Origin: Macrostomum lignano
Taxonomy: Eukaryota
Assembly: GCA_002269645.1 (NCBI GenBank)
Contig: NIVC01000546.1
Coordinates: 248,001-312,000 of the forward strand
Direction of reading: 5' to 3'
DNA: 64,000 nt
In this document: in pieces, positions 40,293-52,815 of the stretch
How the letters are laid out: the number at the start of each line of letters is the position of its first letter
How positions within the stretch are numbered: position 1 is the stretch's first letter
Translations under genes and position numbers: made by a program
The notes under the pieces: generated by a model
Told to the model about the DNA's origin: nothing
What the model saw: the letters and a program-made list of their open reading frames with translations, nothing else
The model's database searches: none

Positions 40293-40819
40293 CTGCCCCC
40301 AGCCAAGTCACATGCAGGGCTGCAATAATTACCAAGAAAGAGAATGCGCTCCTCCATTCTACATAGGTAGAGATTGCAGTCTGGGCCCAGAACTTTAACT
40401 GCAAATAAGTACTTTTTGTAAAAGTCGACTTCATTATTCAGTGTCGCAATTGAATTTTGTAAACTTTCGAGACTGAAATTGGTGGTAACTTTTATGACTA
40501 ACCTTTCTTCGCTTTGAGAAGTTAATTTGGCCAAAGTGTTTGTTTTAACCTTTACGGCTTGAACTTTTGCTACTAAAACCGACTGGCAGTAAAACAGATT
40601 TTACGGCTCAAAACCAGCAGCAATTTCGCTGTGTGGTTTAAACAAAAATTTGCTCCGAATGAAAACATTCGCGATTGGGCAAAATGGTTCTGCAGTCGAA
40701 AGGTAAACTTGCTCAAGTTAATTCCTAGTAGAAAAAGTACAAAAAGTGGCTCGGGCTGCAACTTACTGAGTTTTTTTCATCATGATCGTTGAGAAATATC
40801 TTGCCCAAGATTATTTGCA

Positions 40820-41670
40820 TGAGCGATTAACTTCCTTCTGGTAGCGAGATTAAGTGTGAAATTCCTTTTTGCTTTTCTTGACTTGGAAAAGGAATTGCGC
40901 AGATCTGCTTCTTAAATTGTTTACCTATTCCAGGAAATATTGGACTGTTTGCTGAGTGAAAATGAGGAACTTCATTAAATCGAATACCCGATCTACGCTC
41001 AAGTACACTATGAACGCGTGTCTCTTAGTCTTCAATGTATATTATAATAGATAGAAGTGTACGGTATAAAGATAACTATACAGACTCAGATGACGCTGTA
41101 GATGTTATTCCAAGTTTCAGGGAATAGTGAGTATGCAAAACTATATAACGCTCAATCTAGGAGAAGAGGGTGAATGTCGTCTATGGGAATTTTGTAGAGA
41201 ACGTGACTTCGAATTTGTCTAAGTAAAGGAAATTCGTCAGCCTCCAGCATGCAGGTCATGTGTGTACACGAATCTGACCTCTTGTGCCACGTCACTATTC
41301 CGATCTCTATGAAGTCGTCGTCCATCCTTCAATGTAATGCACAAAGTCCCGTCAATCCGATGACTCATTGTCTGCGTTGTCATATTGGGAGCTGCAGGAA
41401 AATCTACAACAAGCTTTCTTTGAGGGTCAGAGTCGCCTTCTCTTCCACAGACCTCGTCAGCGCACCGAGCATCTCATCAAAAACTTTAGTCTCACTGCAA
41501 CTCCACGCGCATTAAGATCAATCAAAGCCTCCAACACATCTCCTGATGATGTAATTGGCAGTTGTCTTCTTGGTGTCAAGTTCAATTGCGAGTTGTCTCC
41601 AGTCTCGTCCTTGTTTAAAACGTCGCACGAGTCTATAGCGATCCACAGACAAAATTATCGTATAGGGCAT
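40820..41670 (-). pseudogene. Degenerate Tc1/IS630-like transposase remnant
   Basis: Frameshifted fragments on minus: VDRYRLVRRFKQGRDWRQLAIELDTKKTTANYIIRR (HTH-like), FDEMLGALTRSVEEKATLTLKE, HRIDGTLCITLK, DRNSDVAQEVR. The order matches recalled Tc1-like transposases; many stops; boundaries approximate. Confidence 0.5.
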
Positions 41671-41966
41671 ATCTGACAACAAGCAAGGCATAATGATTTC
41701 AAGAAATTGGTCTAGTTTTCAATAGACGAGGATTCACCCACTGTCTTACCTAAATTTACCATAGACACCTTATTTTCTTACCTTCACAGATAGTGAAACA
41801 ATTAGTTGAATAAATATAGTTGTTCCACTCGTAGTATCTGTGCTTACCATAGACAAAGCAAATACGTTTTCTGATCAGGATGTATCTGCACTGGCGGATT
41901 TCATTTACTCAGACAAATTCAAAGTTAAAATGATATAACATGCATTCTCCGAAAGCAAAACACCAG

Positions 41967-43170
41967 GGGGTGTTTCATAGACCGCTTGTCAGAGTTACAA
42001 GTGACAAGTGAGCAGTGAGTAGCGATTTCCGTTTCATAGAATTACAAGTGACAAGTGACAAGTGACAAGTTCTGACAAGTGACAAGTGAGTAGTGACAAG
42101 TGCTAGTTACAAGCGGTTTGTTTCTTGAAGAGTGAGCAGCGTTTGATTTTCGACAAGCTTGAGTAGTCCCGCGAGATTTGACAAACTTGTAACTATCAGA
42201 GTTCGCTTCGCGTGGCAACATGTTCGATTCTGTTTCGGACTCTTTGGACGAAGCTATTGGCCACGTTGCATTGGCAAAGAGACCCAGAATTTTTAAACCA
42301 CGAATAAACTTTCAATTTGAGGATCGCGCCGATCATCACCAGTCACGATTTCGACTGACTGAGGAGGACGTGGATACAGTGTGTACTTTGATAGGACATC
42401 GCCTGCAGCACCCCACTCGAACGAATGTAGCTCTGGAGCCGTCACAGCAAGTGCGAATCGCCTTGCACTACCTAGCGACCGGTGCGAATTATAGCACAAT
42501 TGCCGATGCTCATGGTGTGTCGAAACCGACAGTGAGCAGAGCTACATGTATGCATCGAGTAGTGAGTGCGGTGAACGATCTACTGCTGCCAGAGCTGGTG
42601 AAGTGGCCGGAGGGCGCCAACGCGAATCGACAATCTGCTGAAGAGTTCCGAGACATTGCTGGCCTGCCATGTGTGCTTGGCTGCATCGACGGCACCCATG
42701 AACGAATAATGAAACCAAGTGTCAATCTGGAGCAGTATGTGAATCGCCACGGTAATGCTTCCGTGAATGTGATGCTAGTGTGTGACCCCAATCATCGATT
42801 CTTGTACGTGTCCGCAAGGTGGCCTGGGGCAGTTAATGACGCCAGGGTTTTTCGGAGAAGCACACTGCAAGAACTGCTGGGTGCTGGATGGCGACCTCAC
42901 CCAAATGGCTATCTCCTTGGTGACAGCGCCTATCCGAACAGAGACTATTTGCTGACACCCCTGCCAGTGGCCAACACACCTCAGGAGGCGGCGTACAACC
43001 GTGATGTTTGGCCCATAGATATTTAGTTCACTACTCAGTCAGCTTGTAACTTGTCACTAGATTAACAAATCAGTCTATGAAACAAAAATCTGTAGCACTT
43101 GTAATTTTTTAACTTGTCACTTGTCACTATTCACTTGTAGCTTGTCAAATCTATGAAACACCCCCCCCCC
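41967..43170 (+). mobile_element. PIF/Harbinger DNA transposon, internally deleted
   Basis: TIR GGGGTGTTTCATAGA...TCTATGAAACACCCC (right C-run extended), CAG on both sides (41964-41966 and 43171-43173) as 3-bp TSD, subterminal ACAAGTG arrays in mirror orientation, and a transposase ORF inside. Confidence 0.9.
42220..43026 (+). CDS. Harbinger-type DDE transposase, C-terminally truncated (268 aa)
   Basis: LHYLATGANYSTIADAHGVSKPTVSR (HTH), GCIDGTH, WPGAVNDARVF and GDSAYP motifs; the ORF stops after AYNR, before the expected VE(R)xFG segment. Confidence 0.85.
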   Translation: MFDSVSDSLDEAIGHVALAKRPRIFKPRINFQFEDRADHHQSRFRLTEEDVDTVCTLIGHRLQHPTRTNVALEPSQQVRIALHYLATGANYSTIADAHGVSKPTVSRATCMHRVVSAVNDLLLPELVKWPEGANANRQSAEEFRDIAGLPCVLGCIDGTHERIMKPSVNLEQYVNRHGNASVNVMLVCDPNHRFLYVSARWPGAVNDARVFRRSTLQELLGAGWRPHPNGYLLGDSAYPNRDYLLTPLPVANTPQEAAYNRDVWPIDI

Positions 43171-44484
43171 CAGATCTTCTGGAAGTGAAAGCTTCCAGAC
43201 AAGGGATCCAGACTAAGTGAGATACATAATTTGATTTTTTCCAACTCCCACAGAAATTATCCCGTGAAACAATTTCGCTGCTCATTGGTATCGTGCCGCG
43301 CAAAAGTACAACCCACAATAAAATGGCGCGCAAATATAGAAGGCACGCCCGTCCAGAATCTGGGGTTCCGCGCCTACATATGGGTACTTTTATTGCAGAC
43401 TGGCGGCATAAAAGTCGAATTGTCGTGGGAATGGAAGGCTGACCTTGCGTGTTCCAGACAGAGATCAACTACCTTCTCGTGGAAGAGGAGTCTGGACTCG
43501 GAAGAGAAGTTGCAGACGTCGCAGTACTGAAGTCTGGCCCAGAACTGGGCCGGATGAGTTCGGAGTGATACGGTTTAACAGTGCAGACTTGTCTCATTCA
43601 CGCTACTTCGCAGAAAGTCACAGACCACAGGCCGCAACTTTGTTCCCTCATTTAGCTTTGACATTTTGTGTTCGAATTTAGAATTGTTCACTTGCTTTCG
43701 AAAATCATCATTGAAATTTTGCTATTGCTTTATTATTATTGTGTTTAACTTGTGTGTAAGTCAGGAAGTGTACTATAGCTCACGCAAGATATTAAGTCCG
43801 GTACTCCTTGCCAAATTTAAATGTGGCGCTCCAGAGGTCTGTTCTAATCCAGGGTTCTGCAGTTGTGCAGCAACACTTTGTCTTGTCTCGACAACAGCCT
43901 GAAACAACACGGAGCTTTGGCGGTCAAGGCAAGGTTTGGGACGGAACGGAACGGAGCAGTGTAGCGGTTGACTCACATTACTCGCGCGCGACGACACCTG
44001 GTTCAATTTCATGCGATTCACCAGAAAAATCTCATCTCATTCTCGTCTGAAGGATGACATTGAGGCTGCAATTTTGTCGAGATGGGAGGGAGCTTTCATG
44101 GCCTTTGGTAGCTTTTTATCTCAGCAATTAATTCTCGATCACCCACTTCGTGCCTTGAGGGGACCTTCGTTCCTAAACGCCTACGATTCTAGGCCCTGAC
44201 TTTCTAATCGTCCAGGCATGCACGCTCTCTGTGCCTTGGAGATTGGCCCTCATAGGTGTGAATCGCTCGACCACGACACAAGCAGGCATCTCTGAGAACT
44301 GCTACATGTACATGATCGTGTCCAAAAGGGCACTAAAAAGCTTGGTATACTCGTATGACGTTGAACGATCGGCCTCAACGTTTTTAAGTGTTGTCCAGGA
44401 GCAATAGCTAAACTTTTTAAAGTATTATGCATAGAAAACTTTAAGACGCCTCAAAACAGTCAGTATCAGTATGATAAAGGAGAA

Positions 44485-45208
44485 TGTGAACTTAAGAGTC
44501 CAAATGGAGCCCGAAATATCCGGTCCTGATTTCTCTACGCCAGTCCCTTCATTTGGAGCTTTAACTGCTTGAATGACGAGATGACCATGATAAACGCTCT
44601 TTTTATGTTTGTATGAAGACAAGGAGCGATAGTAATATTATGTTATGCCTCCATTATGTTATCTCTTAATAATGTTTGTTATCCCCCGCCCCCACCCCAG
44701 CTCATTCAGCGTTTTTGTGAACGCGTGCTTCATTCTGCCTATCCACTCGTTGTACATCGTTGTACATCGTTGGTGCTTATTACCTTATCACGTGATTAAT
44801 CTACCTTCTTGACGAAAAATACACTGAAAAAAGTTCTCAAGACATATTGAGGCTTTGATTTGCGTAAAACCACAGCTTGGAACGTTCACCATTCTTCAGT
44901 AACTCCGAAACGTACATGCCCTGAATCATTCTCATGCAACTAACGTCAAGTTTCATTAATGGCTATATACTAGAGGGTCCTGAGAAAAAAACACAATGAA
45001 AACAAATTTAAACTCAAAATAACATTAGGAGGTTTTCCGATCACATGAAATCCCCATTCATCCCATTTCTCCCCATAGAGATACCCAAATGCTAAAGTGG
45101 TCGGTTTTGGACATAACGGGAGTTATTTGACGCCATGCAAATGAGGAGATTGGCTTAGAGAAATCAGGACCGGATGTTTCGGGCTCCATTCTGACTCTTA
45201 AGTTCACA
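44485..45208. mobile_element. ~720-bp MITE-like element with ~55-70-bp imperfect TIRs
   Basis: TGTGAACTTAAGAGTCCAAATGGAGCCCGAAATATCCGGTCCTGATTTCTCT (44485-44536) is inverted at ~45157-45208. No TSD identified. Confidence 0.7.
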
Positions 45209-46082
45209 GCCTCGTTTCTTCGTATGACAACAGTATGGCGACAATCTGCTTCCTTCAACATTAGCAGCAGGGTTAAAGTTACTCGCATTTCTTTACTTGT
45301 TTTAAAAACGAATTAATAATCCCTTTCTCCGGCTGAGTCCTTCGATAAATGAACTAACAAAAGCTGCTTTGGAAGTGCAGCTTGCATGCAATGATGATGA
45401 ATTTCTTGTGCTTTCAAAACGTTCTTAATAACCGACCTAAAAGTCAGTAAAGGGCCGATTCACCATCGAGTCTTGGTATATTGTTGTAGCAAAAAAGAAG
45501 AAAGGCAAAAACCATAAAAAGGAATCTATTAAGATAAGCGAAAAATAATATTTAGGAAACTACTCTCAGTAGGGATGAAAGCTAATTAGTGTCGGAAAGT
45601 ACCCAAACTTGAAATAACGAGAGTACTTAGTTGGGTTAGAGAAGCAGAATTAGCGAGGGTCGCGCTGCTCGTTTTTTGAAACTTTCAAACTTTTTCGAAG
45701 GTTCAGTGCATAGTGTAGTATGATGACGTCATCAGTACAAGCTAGCTTGTTCCAGTAACCACCGGTCCTGTCTCAGTAGCAACGCATACTGATTTCATAA
45801 CTGTGAATTTGATAGCCATCATGAGCTCAGTAAGTTTCCATGTAAAACGAATGTGACTAGCAAAATAGCAAAAATGAAATGAACTCTGTGTGAGAGAAAT
45901 TTTCTTCCAGCAACGAATCCAGAATGATAGGAAATTAATGAATAAAAAACTAAAAAAATTGATGGCAGATTTCTCAAGCAGGAGCTAAAACAGGAGAGAG
46001 AATAGCGCCAGGAGAAAAAAGTTCGAGCAGGGGCATGGCGACAAAGCTGCTTCAACACAGCTCAAATCGTTGTCAAAAATCT

Positions 46083-48744
46083 TCACTCAGCTCCACCATT
46101 GGCGAGCACGGACGGCAGGCGAAGCAGTTTGCCAAACTCTACGGCGAAATGCTCGTGCTCCGGAGCGCTCGCCAGTTCGTCGATCGGCGCCCGACCAAAG
46201 TTGTCGGCCCGCCTCGGATCGGCGCCGGCTTGCAGCAGTAGCCTGGCGGCGTCCAGTCGTCGGTAGCGCACGGCCAGGTGCAGCGGTCGTCTGCCATCGT
46301 AGTCGGCGACGTCGGCTGACACTCCCGCTGCCAGATAGCCTTCGATGCCTTTGACGTCGCCAACAGCTGCGTAGCTGCACAGCTGACTGCCAATGGTTTG
46401 AGGATTTACGGTTGACAGGTGAGCGCCGGTGTCGATTAGTTTGCGGATCACGTCCGTGTGGCCGCGTTGCATGGCGATTTGCAGAGGTGTGTGCCCGTCC
46501 GAGTCGACGTAGTTGACGAGAGCGCCGCTAGACAGCAGCAGCTCGGCACAGGCGGCGCTGCCAAAGAGGGCCGCGTAGTGCAGCGGAGTGCGGCCCAAGC
46601 AGTCCGTCACCTGGAAGTGAACGAAAGCGATGTCGAATCTGCAGAAGGCATTGACGCTGCTACCGAACGGGATTTACAAAGCACGGAAACTAAAGTAGGA
46701 CTTCGCGAGTTATGTAATTATGTAACTAGCTAATCAACCTCGAAGGAAACATAGACTAGATTTTTTAAGTTTTGAATTTCAGAAGGAGAGGTGCTCAGAT
46801 AACTTCAAATATCGCTAATGCATTTCGCGTTGCCAGGCTCCAGTGAAATTTGCACGATTTGCGATTGCAACGTCTTTTGAAGTGGTTAGTTGTTAGTGGT
46901 GGCGGTTAGTAGTTTTTTAATCTGCATCGTGTTAGCAATGACAGGGTAGGACTTATATAATCTGCTTAGTAGGACTAACTGAATGAAGAGTGGGCGCAGA
47001 TACATTCATGTCAGGTGTAAGTCTCCAACCTGAAAGTGTCCTGCCATGTTGCCCAGACTCTTAAGGTACTCTAGATTCGCCTCTTTTACCGCCGCTGCCA
47101 TTAACGCCGGCAGGAACTCGTCTCGAATCGTAGTGGCATCCTCGTCGACGGGCAGGTTGAACGCATCGGCCAGCAGGGAAAGCAGCCGCTTGTTCATCGC
47201 GCTATCGTCCGAGTGGACCGTGGGATCGTGCAGCTCTCCGCGGAGGCATTTTTGCATTGCCTTGAATTTGCGTTCGAGGCTCCAGGACTTGCCGCAGACG
47301 TACATCAGCTTGGCTACCGCCGCCTCAGCTGTCATGTCGTGACCCGGGCATACACCGATGTCGTACAACATTTTACCTGTGAAAATGGGAAGGTATCAGT
47401 CAGACCAGTCAAAATTTTGTCACCTGCTTGTACATGCTCTTTCAAAAGTACAATTTAGTTCAAGACAAACCTGTGGCATAGAGACCCATCACGGCGCCCT
47501 TCTGGCACTGGGTGATGTTGACAATGATGACACCGCGGGCCACAGCTTTTTTGAAGACGTCGATAACATCCTGACGGAGTACCGGAATATTGCCGGCGCC
47601 GTAGGATTGCAACACGACGCCTTCGATTGGCGGCGCCATGCAGGCAGCGATGGTTGTCGGCGAGAGCGCAGGAAAAAGGCGCAGAATGGTGACATTCGAG
47701 GAGAGCGTAGTGCTCACCTGGAACGGTTGCAGCTTCATTGGCTTCAGTACGAGAGGCCAGTTTACCTCGATGTTTAGACCAAGCGTAGCCAAAGGCGCCA
47801 AGTTCGGGCTTTGAAAGGCCCTGAATGCAGTCGAGCTGACCTTAGTGACGCGGTTTCCGCGGTACAGATTGTTGTCAAAGAACACAGTGGCCTCTGGGAT
47901 AGAGAAGTGTCCGGCAATCTGAAGGGCACCTGTGTAATATCAAGAAAGGATTCACTTCAAGCAAATTATGCAGCGTACGCAAGTTTAATATAGACATCAG
48001 CTTCAAACTTGTAACTTGTTTTGAAGTCTTGAAAATACGGCAATTTGAAAGGCTAGAGCACAATTTTGTATTCACCCCTCTATCGCCAAAAAGGTTACCA
48101 TTGCACAAGAAGCATGCAGATTGCAGATTTTTTCTGCTCTCTTCTCTTTCTTCCCCTGTACAGGAAAACTGTCACTCACAGTACAGGCACTATTTTTATA
48201 GTTGCCGCAATGTACTTTGCCTCCGCTAAGAGTTCAGTTGAACTGTAGACTCACCAAGGAAGTTGTCCCGACCGTCGCTGCGAATCTCAAAAATAGGAAT
48301 CTGAGCTCCGGTGATAACCACCGTCTTGCCAAGGTTTTCGAACATGAATGACAGCACGGACGCTGTGTACGCCAGAGTGTCCGTGCCGTGTAGGATGATA
48401 AATCCGTCGTACTGCTTATAGTTGGCGCTCACATCCTGCGCAATTCGAATGTAGTCGCTGGAGCTGATTTCGCACGAGTCAATCACCGGGTCGTATTCGA
48501 CAATGCGGTAGGCAATGGCCGGCTCTGTCTGCGGTAGCAGCATGAAATCGCCAATCTTGTTGCTCACCCGCTTATCGTGAAACAGGTCGCTTTCTCTCAG
48601 CGAGGACTCGAAATAGTGCGGCACGGCCTCGTAGCCTTTGCCCAGGTCTTTCATGCCAATGGTGCCGCCAGTGTACAGCACCAGCACTTTGCGGGCCGAG
48701 AAGAGCGGATCCGTGGACATCTCGGTGGACATTTCGGTGGACAT
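46083..48744 (-). CDS. ASPG: L-asparaginase / 60-kDa lysophospholipase with C-terminal ankyrin repeats, 607 aa, 4 exons
   Basis: Exons 48744-48255, 47929-47471, 47376-47030, 46610-46083 with GT-AG sites and matching phases. Motifs: VLVLYTGGTIGM, HGTDT, KTVVITGAQIP, LYRGNR, SYGAGNIP, DMTAEAAVAKL; ankyrins GRTPLHYAA, GHTPLQIA, DYDGRRPLHLA. Confidence 0.95.
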
Positions 48745-49574
48745 TTCGCCGTGGATTTTGAGTCTCCCAAGTAGATTTGGTAAACCCTAAACGTAAAAGT
48801 ATATCTAATGACTTTGAAGAAGTCCTTTTAGCTTTTGAATCATGCATTTCGAGACTCTTGGCGGGTCTGAGGGGCGTGGGTTATGGGTTTGTAGACTACG
48901 GGGTTGGAAACCGGTTTTAGCTGGATGGCTCTGAGTGGCTGCTGCTGGTTGGGGGGGGGGGGGGTGGGTTGTGCTGGCAGGCCGGGCGGAGGGGCCGGGG
49001 GTTGGTGGGTCAAGCTCGCACAGCAGGCAGCTAGAAAACCAATGTACACTCTCTGAGACGTAGGACCCACCTCCCCCTGATGAACGCGCCAGGGCGCCCA
49101 TTTGACCTTCTTAGGGCAGCGGCCTGAGTCTTCTATTTCAGGCAATTCCCGTGACTTACCCGAAAAGCTGGCAAAGCCCGGGCCAAGCCAGCTGATTTTT
49201 CTGTCTGTTTAACTGCTGCCGCCAAACGAAGGCGGTTTTACCAGTAACCGCCACCAACTGCGGCTTGCTGCCTCCGAATTCCTGCGTGGCACGTTGACCG
49301 CCTCTCGAACAGCAAATGGTAGCTTTGACTCAGCCCCAGACCTAATTGTCAATGCAGAGGAAATTTACTAAATTTTGCTAAATTGCGTGGGCTGTTTCTT
49401 TCAATTTTCCACTGAGATAATAAGATTAGGATAGTTCGGAAAGACTGAGGCCACTTTGAAGACTGGGAACTGTTTTTTTAGCGAATTCCGTCTTTAGCGA
49501 CGAAGGGGAGGGTTTGACACACCACAATTGGCGCATCTGACACAACACAAACAGCGCAACTGACACGTCCGCAT

Positions 49575-50250
49575 TGGTCCTGACACACTCGAATTTCTTC
49601 TCCTGACACTCGAATTGGTTCTCCTGACACACTCCTGTCTCCTGTCAGCAAATTGGTTTACTGACACACTCAAATCGGTTTACCTGACACACTCAAATCG
49701 GTTTACCTGACACACTCAAATCGGTTTACCTGACACACTCAAATCGGTTTACCTGACACACTCGAATTGCTTCTCCTGACACACTCGAATTAGTTTACCT
49801 GACACACTCGAATTGCTTCTCCTGACACACTCGAATTAGTTTACCTGACACACTCGAATTGGTTTACCTGACACACTCGAATTGGTTTACCTGACACACT
49901 CGAATTGGTTTACCTGACACACTCGAATTAGTTTACCTGACACACTCGAATTGGGTTACCTGACACACTCGAATTGGTTTACCTGACACACTTAAATCGG
50001 TTTACCTGACACACTCAAATCGGTTTACCTGACACACTCGAATCGGTTTACCTGACACACTCAAATCGGTTTACCTGACACACTCGAATTGCTTCTCCTG
50101 ACACACTCGAATTGCTTCTCCTAAAACACTCGAATTTCTTCTCCTGGCACACTTGAATTGGTTTGCCTGAAACACTTGAATTGGTTTACCTGACACACTC
50201 GAATTGGTTTACCTGACACACTCGAATTGGTTTACCTGACACACTCGAAT
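49575..50250. repeat. 23-bp minisatellite (CCTGACACACTCGAATTGGTTTA)
   Basis: Direct tandem repetition. Confidence 0.95.
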
Positions 50251-50844
50251 TAGGTTGCCTGCATCACCCGCATTTCGCTTTTTTTGTGGCCAAAAATGCA
50301 GTCCAAGTTGATTTTAAAGTTTTTATAGTTTACAGTTTTTTTAATTCTTTGTCAGGTGGCGCATTTGAATACCATTGCAAGTTTGGATTGGAATGGAACT
50401 CCCCCCCTTGAATGGAAATTTCCAGCCGACTGACTGAATAAACTATTTTTTATGCTGCAGAAGTGCATTTCTTTAACTAGCCGCTCCACTTGTGCAAATA
50501 ACTGCAATTCCATATAGTTAATGACTAAGAGCGCACATTGTTCGGTCCTTTTTGCCTTTAGAATGGCGCCACTTGCTCCTTACAGAATTGACCTCCACTT
50601 AAGTTGAAGCAGATCTGGCATACAGTGCGACTGAGTTGGGTTGCAAGTCTTCTTACTCAGACCTTTTTGACCAACAGCGGAGAGTCGCCCATTGCTCACC
50701 CGATTCATTTTTGCACTTTTAGTTGACAAATAGTTCTTATGACACGGTTGCAGAAATTTGCAGTGTCTTGGTGCTAAAACAGAGCCACAAAGAAGCAGTA
50801 TCACAGTGCAATATCAACATCAAGGCACCTCCTGAACTCCTCCT

Positions 50845-51190
50845 GAAATCTTGCAAATATCCCGAAGTCATGCAAGAATCCCGAACTCCTGCAAGAATCT
50901 CGAAATCCTGCAAGAATCCCGAAATCCTGCAAGAATCCCGAAATCCTGCAAGAATCTCAAAAATCCTGCAAGAATCCCGAAATCCTGCAAGAATCTCGAA
51001 GTCATGCAAGAATCCCGGAATCCTGCAAGAATCCCGAAATCCTGCAAGAATCCTGAAATTCTGTAAGAATCCCGAAATTCTGTGAGAATCCCGAAATTCT
51101 GTGAGAATCCCGAAATCCTGGAAGAATCTCGAAGTCATGCAAGAATCCCGAAATCCTGCAAGAATCCCGAAATCCTGCAAGAATCCCGAA
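50845..51190. repeat. 19-bp minisatellite (GCAAGAATCCCGAAATCCT)
   Basis: Degenerate tandem repetition. Confidence 0.9.
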
Positions 51191-52011
51191 AACCCAAAGA
51201 TGAAATCAACATTTGCAATTAAGTTAAAAAGGTTTAACACTCTCCGAGTTCTCCGAGACGCAAGCCTGGGAGAGTTGACTCAAAATTATGGACTTGTCGG
51301 TGAAACATCAAAGAGAATGGATTCGCAATTACACTCGTAATTCCTCTGAAGTTCACTTCAATGACCCGCCCCGACTGTGTTGATAAGAAAATTCTGATAA
51401 GGAAATTCTGATAAGAAGTCGTATTGTTAGCGATTTGTGCCTCTAGACTGTAGGGCATTCGTACCTTTTATCAGCAAATTGTATAACCTAATTGAAGGCT
51501 TATATTGGCTCATATTGCACAATATATTGCTGTGCATGTTTGGGTACATACAGATCTCCGACGCTCACTGTCCAAAAAATACTTTATTCAAGGTTGTGCA
51601 TGTACTCGATTTGCTACTTATTTCAGCTGCTCCCGTGCTTGTCAGTAGTGTAAATAGTAAAGTGCTATGCAATTTTTAATTAAAAAAATATTCTTTTCTT
51701 TTAGTGCACTGGAATCCACTTCGTGGAATTTTAATCAATATATTTTGATTAAGACCAGCTCTTTGCTTTGAGAGCTTTCAATTTAGACCTTTAACACGCC
51801 TGAAAAGGCTCTATTAAATTCAAATTTCAAAAAAGAAAAGACTGCGCATCAAAGGAAGTGCTCAAAGGAAGTGCTCATTTGTTTGAATTGCTTTCTATTG
51901 ATTATCAATGATGAAAAGGAACTGCTTATTTAGCTAAACCTTTGTGTGGTGCTTCAAATGGTTGGCGCTTAAAGAGATAAGTTAGAAGACGCTCACAAGG
52001 AATCGAGGTCG

Positions 52012-52425
52012 CCCACCAAGAGACAAGGGCACCCACCAAGAGACAGGGGCGCCCACCAAGAGACAGGGGCGCCCACCAAGAGACAGGGGCGCCTACCAAG
52101 AGACAGGGGCGCCCACCAAGAGACAGGGGCGCCCACCAAGAGACAGGGGCGCCCACCAAGAGACAGGGGCACCCACCAAGAGACAGGGGCGCCTACCAAG
52201 AGACAGGGGCGCCCACCAAGAGACAGGGGCGCCCACCAAGAGACAGGGGCGCCCACCAAGAGACAGGGGCGCCCACCAAGAGACAGGGGCGCCCACCAAG
52301 AGACAGGGGCGCCCACCAAGAGACAGGGGCGCCCACCAAGAGACAGGGGCGCCCACCAAGAGACAGGGGCGCCCACCAAGAGACAGGGGCGCGCACCAGG
52401 AGACAGGGGCGCCCACCAGGAGACA
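52012..52425. repeat. 20-bp minisatellite (CGCCCACCAAGAGACAGGGG)
   Basis: Near-perfect tandem repetition. Confidence 0.95.
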
Positions 52426-52815
52426 AAGGCAATTTCTACAGGCAGTTCCAGTTTCACACGAGGCGGCAGCCTTTACTTTAATTCGTTTTCTTGCAACCTT
52501 ACTCAGCTGGATGTCGCTCCACTGATTGGCTGGGAGACAGATTTGGTTCTGCAGCTCAGAGGCATATTGCTACAACTGCTCCCAGAAGCATTCTCCGGTG
52601 GAATCTCCGCCACAATCGCAAGAAGCTTCGAACTCGCGACCAAATTACATGTAAGACTGTCCCAGCCTTGGAGATGTTCAACGAACTCGTAAAACAATTT
52701 AAAGATATTGACGACTCGGGATCCGACGATGAGAATGAGTTTGACATGGCTGCAGACGCTACAGGTAAGAAAAACCAGCGGGTCTATGAGAATTTCGCAC
52801 AGGAAATTTTCTCAC

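Noticed and set aside
44492-45201. Kolobok/piggyBac assignment from TTAA at both ends
   Set aside because: The inverted match continues outside the TTAA (TGTGAAC/GTTCACA), so TTAA is internal to the TIR rather than a TSD.
46083-48744. Horizontally acquired bacterial asparaginase
   Set aside because: Three spliceosomal introns and the ankyrin C-terminus fit the ordinary animal ASPG type.
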